A DNA stretch of 57,615 nucleotides, counting the filler, from Dugesia japonica (Eukaryota): assembly GCA_001938525.1 (NCBI GenBank). It is 4 parts of 4 records of this genome, joined end to end, with 100 filler letters (N's around TTAATTAATTAA, not from the genome) between each part and the next. Parts side by side here need not be neighbours in the genome. Positions count along the whole stretch, not along the records: positions 1 to 21,661 come from MQRL01635282.1; positions 21,762 to 31,994 come from MQRL01594990.1; 2 more parts are not named here. The stretch is one strand, 5' to 3'. This document shows positions 12,199 to 24,544 of this stretch, piece after piece (position 1 is the stretch's first letter; each line of letters opens with the position of its first letter). A program made the translations under genes and the position numbers. Under the pieces are notes generated by a model, which did no database searches, was not told the origin of the DNA, and saw nothing but the letters and a program-made list of their open reading frames with translations.

Positions 12199-15069
12199 TT
12201 TCCAATACTTAAGCTCGTTTACTCCTCAAATTTACTAAGTTGATAAGAAATCTGGCTTCAATCTCAGATAAAGGTTTGTCCTGAGGTTCCTTAATATTTA
12301 CTATCAAATCAATAATATAAGATCTTCTAATAAATATTTATTTTCACTAAATTGGGATAAAGTTTAAAAGCACTTTCACCAAATATTATGATCATTAACA
12401 ATTGTTTATATACAGGTTTTACACACATGCACAATCTATACTTGACAAAAGAACAAATAAAAATATCTTTTAAATAATCTGTCAGCAAGATTAAACTTAC
12501 ATATTCAAAGAACCAATAACAATGAGTTGATCACACTGCTATTTGATTGTTCGCATATTAACTTCTACTTTTTATTGCTAATATAGGGTTCAGGTTTGAA
12601 CCTCCTCCAAAATTTTTTTAATAATCCAAATTATCATTAATATTAGTCTATAAGCTTTCTCAATTTGATTAAGTATGTTACTTTATTATTTTCTTAACTT
12701 ATGTTGTTTAAATTTTGTTTATAATTTTTGACTCAAAAATATAATATAAAATATCTTCTCATCAATTTTTAAACTTTAACTCATTTTAACTGTAATTAAC
12801 ATAAATTTTCAGTTTGTTAATTCTTACATTTTTATTGTACTTTGATCTCCGTTTGTATTTGCTCATATTATGTCATGACATCAATTTTTATTCATACTTG
12901 ATAGTTATTAAGAAAATTGTATCTATATCATTTTGTACAATATAATAAATCTATTGATATGTTTGTTATTCATTTGAGCATTATATAATTGACTATTATT
13001 AATTTTATTTGTTATTTTATATTTTTATTTGCTTTTTTATGCATAATTTCTATTAAAATTACAACTGCTATCTTGACTTAACTTGCTTTATGAACATCAA
13101 TAAAATATTTTTAATTACTATTTTTCTTAATTACCACTTTTCAATAATAAAAATCTTTTAATTTTATTTGGGTATTTTTCGTAATTCTCTGATCAATATA
13201 AACATACTGAGAACTTTGTTGTTTACTTAGTTAATCTAAATTGATTAATTTCCTATTTTCTTCATATTCATTATTTGAAAACAATTCTCTTTGGTTTACT
13301 CATGTCGATTTGATTTATTGATAGCCGATTCTCGAAGGGTATAAATAGTTGTTTATTTTCATTTTTTACTTTGGCGGACGTCGATTTTTCAGGTATTATT
13401 TTGATTTTATTTTCTGTCTTTTTATTTTTATTGTTAATTTATTGGAATTAGTATTATAAATATTTTTCTTAAAATTCTACATCAATGTCTCCTATTGTTA
13501 ACCATTAGATTATATACATCTTTACAATTTCACCGTTAATACATTTATTCCTTTTTCTATGATTTCACATTTATTATTCTAAATAAATACCAACTACATA
13601 ATTCCAGTATTCTTTACAAACGTTTTAATTTACTCATTTATCATTCTTTTACTTTAAAATTTTATTTAGGAATTCTGTTATTATTTTGCTTATAATATCA
13701 ATTTTTTTTTCAAATATTTATTCTGGATTATTTACAATATTACTTAATTTATTTAATTAAAAATTTTATTTATCTATTCTACTACAAAACTAATTCATAT
13801 TCCTGAAAATCTTTTTTCAAATTTTCATTAAAAGTCTAATTCATATTTCTAAAATCTTATTTCAAAAAAGTAAAATTTTCGTTAAAAATCTGATTTGTAT
13901 TTCTACAATCTTTAACGCGAAACCTTTGAAAAATTCAAGGTTAAAAGTTAGGATTATAAATGAATATTTAATTTAAATAATTTTCAAAATTAAATAAGTC
14001 GATTAATATCAAATTTATTAAGTTAAACTATAGTAGTACAAAAAATTATTTGACTTATATTAATTAAAAGAATAAAAATCAAACATTTTTAATTAAATTA
14101 TTAATAAATTAATGTTCAATTAATTATAATTAAAAAGTAATAATTTATTAATAATAATTAATCAAAGAAATAAATAATAATCAAAAAAATAAAATTCTAA
14201 TAATAATAATAATAATCAATAAATTAAGAAATTTACAGTATAATAATTAAAAGAATAATAAAAAAACTAACCTGATCATTATGACTATCAAATTCATATT
14301 CTTCATTTACTTTAAATTTCAACATATTTTCATCATCTTCATAATTTTTCTCTTCATCATCAATGTCTTTATCATTAACTTCATCTTCATAATTTTCTAA
14401 ATATTTAAATAAAAAAGTAATCACTTACTTGATTATAAATAAAAAATGAACATTAAAATGAATCAATATTAAAATAAATATATGAAATTAAATTGAATCA
14501 ATTATAATACATTTTATTTGAAATAATGGATACATTATTTCGCTCTACTTGATAAAATAAAAGCTTTAACATTAAATAAAATTTTTAATATTGATCAAAT
14601 CAATTATAAAGACGAAAAAACTTATTAAAATAACAAATAAAAACAATTTTAATTTTCAATTAGAATATTTCAAATTTTTATTCATGTGTTATAATTACTT
14701 ATTGTATTGAATTTATAAAATGTATTTAAAACTTCATAAATTTTTTATTACTTATTTTACTTTGAATAAAATTTCGATTTGTAGATTTAATTAATTTTAA
14801 AAAATATTTAAGTGAATTAATTAATTAATTTGAAAGGTTAATGATAGGTTAATGAATTATTGGTTAGAATTTCAATGATTGAATAAATTTATATGTTCCA
14901 AGTAGATGATTTATTGGTTAAAAACATATTAAAAATACATGTTTAATGAATTTTATTATATTAAGGTGAATATAACCGTTTATTGGTTATAAAGTGTGAA
15001 TTATAGTGTTGACTATAAGGTATAAGTGATGAATAGATTAAACCATTAACTGAATATTAATTAGGTAAA

Positions 15070-15436
15070 TTATGATAGCGAGCATTGCGTATGTTAATAC
15101 TTGTTGGTTACGAGTATTATGTATGGTAAAACTTGATAATGGGAGTTGTTTGCTAGGAGCTTTTGGTAGCCAGTATTGTGTTGATAAAACTGTTGATAGT
15201 GAGTATTATGTATATTAATACGCAATGATAGCGAGAGTAGTATTGTATATGTTAAGAGCTGTTGATAGCGAGTATTTTATATGTTAAGAGCCGTTAATTT
15301 CGAATATAGTATATGTAAAGAGGTGTTGGTATTGATTATTTTGTATGTTAAGACTTGATGATAGCGAGAGTTGTCTACTATTACTTAAACCTTATGATAG
15401 CGAATAGTATACTTAGTATGATTAATAGTTGAATAA
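15070..15436 (+). repeat. ~31-bp minisatellite (GATAGCGAGTATTGTATATGTTAAGAGCTGTT-like)
   Basis: About 11 diverged tandem units. Confidence 0.8.
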
Positions 15437-15867
15437 TTCACATTAGTTGGAATGAGCTCATATATTTCCTAGGATTTTATTATAGTAAGGTGGAAAATAT
15501 GTGAATGACTGAATGAATTATTTTGATTGATTGATTGTAAAATCAAGGTAATTGATTGAGTAGATTGGGAGATTGTATATAGTCACTTGTCAGTATTATT
15601 ATAGAAATGTTTATGTAAATTTTAACTAGCTTTAGAAACGTTTGTGGAAATTTTCAACAATGATTAAAAGATTGCGGAAATTTGAACTAGATTTAGAAAA
15701 GATCTAGTAAATTTTAACCGCTTTTAGGAAAGTTACTGTCCTTTTTCAATGATTTTTAAAATGTTCTAGTAAATTTTTGAATAATTTTAGGATTCTTATA
15801 CACAGGAATGTTGAAAATTAAAATGTGTGTGTAATTTTTCAGCGATGGTTAAAACGATTGTGGAAAT

Positions 15868-16088
15868 TTTATTCAACTATTAATCATAATAAGTATAATA
15901 TTCGCTATCATAAGGTGTAAGTCATAGTAGACAACTCTAGCTATCATCAAGTTTTAACATACAAAATGATCAATACCAACATCTCTTTACATATACAATA
16001 CTCGAAATTAACTGCTCTTAACATATAAAATACTCGCTATCAACAGCTCTTAATATATACAATACTCGCTAACATTGCGTATTAATAT
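15868..16088 (-). repeat. Inverted copy of ~15211-15436
   Basis: Near-exact reverse complement (tactcgctatcaacagctcttaa vs ttaagagctgttgatagcgagta). Confidence 0.85.
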
Positions 16089-19000
16089 AATATTAATATT
16101 TTTCAGTAATGATAAAAGAGATTGTGTCATTTTCCATCGATTCGAAAAAGGTTCATATAAATTTCAGATTAAATTTCACGAGTTCAAGAAAATTAGATAG
16201 AACTATCTCGCTCTTACTTACACTTTTATTCTTGGCCTCTCGCACTTAACCTTTCTAACTTGATCCTTCTCACTCTTTTTTATTTCTCTAACTTAAATCA
16301 AAGAAACATAATAAGAATAAAGAGAAAACTGATTTGGATAAGATATAATTGAATAAATATTACTTGTTTCTCAAAGTTTTGTTCTAAATAATAACAAATT
16401 AAAATGTAGTGGGACTGCTTACAACAATTGGTTTATTGAATGTATTTAATTAAATGGTCTTATTTTTAATTAAAAAAACTCATATTTTTTAGATTGAAAC
16501 CCATATTTTCATGATGAATTTCATGTTTTATGATGAAATTTTATGATATTGGCGATAATGACTAACTGTTATATTTGTTAAGGATAGTTGTAGTAGTATA
16601 CATTCATGACCGGATATGAACGGTTGAAATCACTGCTACCGGAGATGCACATACTGTAATCGAGCTTGGCATAGTTAAAACTATGCAAACTAATCGATAA
16701 GTTCATAATTGAATGGACTCGATTGGAAGCTAACGGTCTTGAGCGTTTATAATTTGAGACTGAATGGGAACAGTCAGAATAATGGCTCGACTGTACTAAT
16801 CCGATGAGGTCATGTATGGTATAGAAAAAAAATTAACTATTATTGAAAACAATGTATGAGAATAATTTATCATTTATTAATAAATTTTTAATTTATTTAT
16901 AATCTTATAACTATAAATGTTAAAATTTAATGGGAGCGACTAATTTATGGTTGAAATTTAAATTTGACTATTTCCAATAAAATTCCTCAGCAAATAGATC
17001 ATTACTAAGAAATTCCTTAACAAATAGTCCTTAAATGACTGAAAATTGATCCGATTTGATCTCATAGAGTAAATTATTCAACCAAAATCATTGAAAACTG
17101 ACTGAATATACTAAAAATAAGCAATAATTGCCCCTAATTAACTATAATCAACTTCGTCGATTAAATTTTCAATCGAAATTCAAGTTTTTTCTAAAATTAT
17201 AAAATAATAATAAAATTATTTAGTTACGAAAACATTTCACACAAAATCTTCAACAGTTGACAATGAAGTGATATTCGAGGAAAGTGAAACTGAAAGCGAA
17301 TCTAAACACTACAGATATCTTGGTTACACATTTAAACCAGGTCGTCGACACCCAAATTCGTCATCATCAACTAACCGAAACAATGATAATCACGGAACCA
17401 GATCAAAATCTAAACATCGTTTAAGAAATATTAGAAAATGCCGAACGATTTCCAGGTGATAACCAATCATTTGACCTGACCAATTACTGGTTGCAGAGCG
17501 GTGCAGATATTATTTGTGCATATTGTTAATAATAATAAATTATTAAAACTTATTATTATTTTATTAATAATAGTCAATTTATTTTTAATTTACCCGGGAG
17601 CGACTTGTATTTTTATCATATGAGAATTACTAATTTAAATGAAATTGTACTCTAGATATTAATTGATACACTATCACAATCTAAAAGTCTAAAAATTATC
17701 ATCACATAAAAAGTTTGAAAACGTTAAGAGATAACAAACGAAACAGACTGATTGATCAGATTTTTATTAAATATATTTTAGTTTGAAAATGACTTTATCT
17801 TATTATTAAGCTTTTAAAGTGTTTTTTTTTTCAAAGTATAAAAATCTTTGAAATCTGAGATATAGAACACATTTTTTCAAAAGTTTAGACTGTTCACCCA
17901 GATTTTCAAAAAATTTCATTAAAAAATTTTTAATTTTCATATTATTTAAACAACATTAACGGTTTAACCTGATTCCTTTAAACATTCCCATAAAATTATT
18001 TTCCCAACTAAAAAGCGTAAAACCTCTTCCCAACTAAATACACAGGAAAAAATAACACCAAATTACCGCTTAAGAATCCTAAAAAAATTTTACCAAATAA
18101 ATAGATGGGGTAAAATCAAATCAAGTAATATTACCTAATAATGCAATTTTTAAATTCCTAACTAAATGTACTAGGATTAAGTTTCGTTACATCACTAATC
18201 CGTCGGGGGGGGGTTTGATGAATGTATGTTGGTGTTTCCCGCTACAATCCATCTACTTCAATTGTCAAATTCATCTTAAAGCCCCATCTTTCAATGTCGT
18301 TGACACAAATTATGGAATCCATATAGATTCTATAGTATAGAATGATATAAAAAGTGATTAATAAATCTAAAATTCAGAATGAATAATAAAATTTTAATCG
18401 ACGTTGTATAAAATAAAAATAATAATATCAACTATTAACTAATAAGAGAATTTTAAAAAATATTTTAATTTGATTGGCATTTGGAATATTTTCCAATATT
18501 ATTAAAATGTAACTAAATACACTACTGAAATTTTGAAGTAGTTTCAATTTGTAAATTTACTTTTTCGATATTTATTATTAATGCAATAATTAATTTAGTT
18601 AAATTAATTAAATGACTTAACTTTTTTATAAATGTGATATAATAATTGATTTGATTTTACTGTTACTTTTTTAGATTGTGTTCTTTTTACAATTTTCTCT
18701 TTATGGTCTGTCCGTTGATAAATTTTTGACAACAAATGTTTACCTCTACAAATTAATATTTTTGATTTATTTAATTTATCGTAAAGACTAGTGTTAAGGT
18801 CAATTTATCTTGGAGATTCTCCTTCATCCTGTTCAAAATTGTCAAATTTCTTCAAAACCTTCTCGGTCGATCTTGGTGACATAATTAATGGACAATTGAA
18901 GATAAATACAAAGAATCAAATTTATTTAATTACAAAAATTTTCGATTTTCTAAAGTTTATATTTAAGTAAAATGAATAATTTAAAAAGCATATTTTATAT

Positions 19001-19374
19001 TGACAGGACCTGCTAAATCAGGACTTCAAAGCTTGTATTACAGTCGGTCACCATGGCATCAATTTTATTATTACAAGTAAAAGGACATCGAAAAATAATT
19101 GGGCGCGAAGTCAAAGCATGCAAGTGAGTGAGGAAGTTCCTCACATCGGTACTTTATATTGATATTTACATAAATAATTTACAATTAATTTATTAAAAAA
19201 ATATTTGTGATAATTAAAAAAAAATTAAACACAAATTGAATTTAAACTAAATCATTTAATGAAAAATAGAAATTCTTTGAAACTTAGACATTGTAATTTT
19301 AAATCACTCACTCTTTAATTAAAAAATTGACGAAAATTATTATTATTATCTATTAAAGAATTCCCCAAAAATTT

Positions 19375-19507
19375 AGCACTTTTTGACCGCCCCTCCCCTT
19401 GTCCCTTTATGTCCACTTCCAAAACTCCCCCTATTGTCCACATGTGTCCCATTTGTGGAGACCCCCTCCCCTCTTCCGAGGTGACGTCCTTAATGGATGA
19501 TCCCTTA
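19375..19507. mobile_element. Single DNA-transposon/MITE terminus, PIF/Harbinger-like
   Basis: C-rich subterminal tract ending GTGACGTCCTTAATGGATGATCCC followed by TTA; the partner end was not found. Confidence 0.4.
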
Positions 19508-19710
19508 CTAAAAGGCTTTTCAATATTGCGACTAAATTAAATTAAATGTTGAAAATTATTGAAACAATATTTAATGTGATATGTAAAAATCAGTCTGGAC
19601 AATTCCCTAATTATTTTCAATGGATGGAAGTGATTAATTTGTTTAAAAATCAGAAATGCAGAATATTTGAATTGATAATATTATAATTAGATGAAATTCA
19701 AAGATAATAT

Positions 19711-21661
19711 TGTTGGGGTTTTACCCTAGGTGGGTTGATTTATTATATGCTTACATCTAAGGGGGTAGAACTTTATATGAAATTTGTCTAGGGTAATTGA
19801 CCCGGTAAAACCCCGCGATGAATTTGAATCTGGTGTCCCCCAAAAATCCAGATCTTCGGAATGTAGCCATTGACTCGATAATCGAGTGCAGACTCGCACC
19901 CTTTTGGTTTGGGTTCATATTTCGTAGTACTCGCTAAATTTTGATAACTATTCGGTCGATTTTGGTCAGTTTAAATAAAAAATAAAATAAAATCATATTA
20001 AATAAAAGAAACTCCTGTTATAAAAAGTTATATTATTAATTCCGCACATAGAATTACATTAATAAAAATAACTAACATGGACTGCAAACCCGATCCGGAG
20101 CAAGCACATCGAGGTAAATTCATTTGCCACTTCTTCCATTCATTTTTGTAGATCCTTCTGAGTCAGAAATCGTTGCACCCCAAATTTTTTATGGTGAAAT
20201 ATTTACCGTTGAGATTCTCGATTTTCAGTATCTTTTCCAATTGATTAATATTGCTTCCACTTAAGAATTATAATTTTTTTTGGGTGTCTTGGTCTAATAT
20301 TTGAACGGTATTTATACTGTTTCTCTTAACACTCCCATTCCATTCATTGGTGAATTTGAGTCTTACGATTTTTCCGACGTTCATATTGGCTTGAACGTCA
20401 CGTTAGTTCTTTTTATTGGTTGTTATTTTAGGATTTCAAACTTATTGGCCAATCTTCAAACCTTTATAGCCTTTTTCTGAATCTTGCTACGATTTTCTAA
20501 CCAACATTTTTGAATTTCCCGATTTTTTCTTGACCAGAAGCATTTTGATTGCTAATTTTTCCATTATGAGAAGCCGTCGTTTTTGCCATTTTTCACGAAA
20601 TAATTATTTTTCTTTTAAAAANNNNNNNNNNNNNNNNNNNNNNNNNNNNNNNNNNNNNNNNNNNNNNNNNNNNNNNNNNNNNNNNNNNNNNNNNNNNNNN
20701 NNNNNNTTCCGTCCCGGAATTTAACGCTTTTGTCTAATCGATTCTTTGTCCTGTTTCGTTATGGTTGCTCTATGTGCTCAATTGCTACGATCGGTTTCCA
20801 GCCCACTGATTGTATCTAAAAGACGATTATAATAACACTTAGATTCACATTCACTCAATAGNNNNNNNNNNNNNNNNNNNNNNNNNNNNNNNNNNNNNNN
20901 NNNNNNNNNNNNNNNNGTGCGCAAGATCAGTATAGAGTAACTAGGAATTAATCAGTATATCATACAACACAAGATACATACACGGACCTTTTTAATTCAC
21001 ATACCACATCTATTACATGCTTTACATTATACATCGATATTTATAGTTAATTTATCATAAGTTCATTTTGCTTTATCAGACAAATGTTCCTGTCATTCTA
21101 CGAAGGGATGAGTTGCGATGCTCGTTGCTTTCTCCCAAATAGATTATCAAGTTGTATGATTGTCCATTGAATGATTGTTTCTGCCGTATTGGGTTTATTA
21201 TTGCAATGGGCTTTGCTAGTGCTGTTTTGTTCCCGCTTTCGTTATCATTTGTTTTTAGAGTTTGCAGTTGATCGATTTTGCTTTCGTTTAGATTTTCGTC
21301 TGCTCTAGTTTTCCAGTTCTGTTGATGATCTGTTAGTTGCTTGTAGAACATTTCTCTTTCCTCAATTATTTCCAACAATTTTTCATTAGCTGCTCTTTGT
21401 TCTTCTATGGTCTTCTCAGATAATTGTTTAAAGTTTTAACATTGTATTTAGCTTGAACGCAGGGCCTCTTCTAATTTGGATATCTGGTTTCGGCTGAATG
21501 ATATTCTCCATTTGCAGCTGGGCTATCTCTGTATCTCTTAGTATTATTGCATATCTTTTTTCACCCATTGCTTTATCTGTTAAAAATTTGAAATTTTGAC
21601 ATTGCGCTTGACTCAACCGTAAAGCTTCTTCTAATCTGGATATCCTATCATCGTATGTATT
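19711..21661 (-). mobile_element. Fragment of a giant-LTR family unit with decayed coiled-coil ORFs
   Basis: Bounded by TGTTGGGGTTT at 19711. Minus-strand helical ORFs 21428-21616 and 21076-21378 point toward that end. Confidence 0.45.
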
Positions 21662-21761
21662 NNNNNNNNNNNNNNNNNNNNNNNNNNNNNNNNNNNNNNN
21701 NNNNNTTAATTAATTAANNNNNNNNNNNNNNNNNNNNNNNNNNNNNNNNNNNNNNNNNNNN
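21662..21761. other. Artificial contig spacer (44N-TTAATTAATTAA-44N)
   Basis: Identical 100-bp structure occurs three times; the core has stops in all six frames. Confidence 0.95.
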
Positions 21762-22449
21762 TATTATAAAATCATTAAAATTTGTCATTTACTAGAAAAA
21801 TCATGAATTTAAAATAAAATGTAAAATTTTGAAATCATAATTACTCCAAATAACCAATGACTAGAATGGGGGTGTGAAGAGAAACCGGTATAAATACCGA
21901 TGAAAATTTCACAAAAAATTACACTTTTTAACAAGACAAATATTGAGTTTGACCGTAAAAAATTCTATTATCACAAAAGGTGATTATTTTTACTCGTTAA
22001 TTCATGGTGAAACGATTTCCGATTTGATTACTAGGACTCATTATTATGAAGAACCTCTGGAGTTACTTTTGGACGAATGGAATGGATGTTATTCTCTTGT
22101 GCTGGCTCCAAATCGGTATCCAGATCACGTTAGTGTTGTTATTTTACCTAATTATTAATTTATGTATAACAAGTAAAGATTTGGATAATCGAATGTATTT
22201 TCCACTTGTTCAAATTTTGTGTTCCTGATAACTTTAAAACTTAAGGTATTGATTTTTATATTAGAGTAGTAATTAAATGAACTCAGCTAAATAGGCATTA
22301 AAAAAATTTATAATTATTTAGGACTCAACTGACTAATAATAAAATTTCAATAAAATCCGTTATAAACTGAAATCGAATAAATTAATGATTAATGAGTAGG
22401 ATTTAAATCAGGCGAGTATTAATAATAATAATATTAATAATAATAATAA

Positions 22450-24500
22450 TTTTGGGGTGAAACACCCGGGTAGTAAAGAAAATAAAGACTGTGGGCTCCA
22501 AATCATAAAATAAAGAAGAAGGAGCATTGGAAAAGAAAACTAGTTGAGTATACTTATCAATGGGCTAATATTACAACAATTATACCAATAAAAAAGAAGA
22601 AAATCAGAACGAAAAAATGGGACTGCAAAAAGAAAATCATCAGATAAATAAATTCAACCCAAAATCAATGTCCATAATTAAAGAAAATATAATTATTAAT
22701 AAAGAAATAAGTAAAAAAAAATCATAGAGACTTTTAATAAGAAAATCTTTAAAGGAAATATGATTTTGTAACTGGAAAACTTTATCATCACCAGGAGGGT
22801 CTTAAGAAGGTTGCAAAAATTCAGCCAATCACAGTCCAGTAAAGAAACAAAACAAAGGCAGGAAAAATACAAGGTACTCCAAAAATATACATCAGTAGTA
22901 GATCAAAAATTCTTATAAAAAATCGAAGAGTTGGCACCAGCACCAATAGGATAGAATATACAAAAATCAAAAATATAACACCAATGAAGGTTGTGTCAGG
23001 GTGTAACGCAAATCGTTAAATAATTTAGTATAAAAAACCAAATTGGAAAATCTGTGGATCGAACTAACACAATTAACGACAACGGTTATACTCTTATTGT
23101 TGATTAATTAATTCATCTTTAATTATAAAAAACAGAAAACGAAACTATACTTTTTATTAAATAATCGATTAACAAATTATGCCAGTCAATATAATGTCCA
23201 TCAATGTTTGTTTCACAAATAAAATATCTTTACTTTTAGGATCACAGTTGGACAAATCATACCCGATTAAATCATCAAATTTGGTTTCACCATTGAATTC
23301 ATATCTTTTCTTTTTAACGATAACTCCAATATTGAACGAAACTGTATTTTGCTAAAGTTAGGAATCGCCAACAGTCGATCATAAATCCAAGCTCCGAGTC
23401 GCAGTGAATTATAGAATTCAATTTATCACAGAAATAAAGGGAATTTTTGTTTTACTGGGTTTGCTCATGATGATTCACAGTCGATTCCATTTACTTGTGA
23501 TAGATTAAATGAGGTTGTGTGTAACAATCACCGAAAGTAGGTATGTCGCGCGATGTGTCAGCACTGGTTTTGTCATAAAATAATCAATAACAGTTGCTCA
23601 CGGGTGTTATAACTACCCATATTATTATAATTCCTTCTGACAAGTCTACCTGATAGGATGTCTATCGTCAATTTTACTATGATTATAAGGAAGTTTAGCG
23701 TGGATACCATAATAGTATTATGAGCACTTGGTTGTGGTTGCTATAATTGCGACTGTTATGGTAAGCTTCAAAAAAATTAAATAAATAAAAATATATATAG
23801 ATATATATTGTAATTGACTTATTGCTCACTACCATTACTATTCGCATTCATATATGATATCCTTAAGATTATTCTGATATTATGATTTATAGGAGTTATA
23901 CGATTACTCTCATTAATATTGATATTACTTTGATTATATTTATCGATATGTTACCGGGATTATCATCAATAGTATTAATATTGTCATCGATATTACATTT
24001 ATTATTTATTAATATTATTAATATTTTATCGTTATTAATATTATCATCGTTATGATTTTTATTACTTTCATTAAGAGTAGGGTGATAATACTGCTAACAA
24101 AGAAATTACTCATTAAACTCTAGGACAACTACTAGTATTGAGATAAATGATGTTATTATCGCTCTCGACCCCGTTATCAGTTTTATAAATTATCATTACT
24201 TGCTAATATTAATATTCTCGTCCTGATTATGAATCTTACTAGTACTAGTTATTCTCACAGGATTAGCATCTGTATTACTATTCTTACTATGATTATTACT
24301 TTCCCTGCTACTATAGGCCTTAATACTTTTTATCACGGTACTATAGTTAGCATTACAATTCCTAATGTTACTATCTTGCAAAGCCTTTAGCTTATACCCA
24401 ATATCCGTAATGTTTTGATGACCTTTGAAAATAATGTATTTATTTAATTCAGTTCTTATAAGATAGGACAGAGTCGAATGGAGAATAGGTATTTTATAAT
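22450..24500 (+). mobile_element. 5' part of a giant-LTR family unit related to 53680-57605
   Basis: Starts tTTTGGGGTGAAACACCC after (TAA)n. It shares the cacca..gagggt..gaag..aaaaatt..gccaat block (22785 vs 54122), a TATA-like box and an ATT-rich tract. Confidence 0.65.
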
Positions 24501-24544
24501 AAATGTTATCAACTATTTTCAGGCAAATGTTGAGCTTTCTAAAT

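Noticed and set aside
14233-14424. Acidic 63-aa ORF
   Set aside because: Low-complexity GAT/GAA-rich tract with no recognisable domain.
15070-15436. CRISPR-like periodicity
   Set aside because: The units are contiguous diverged tandem repeats without unique spacers; the context is eukaryotic and there are no cas genes.
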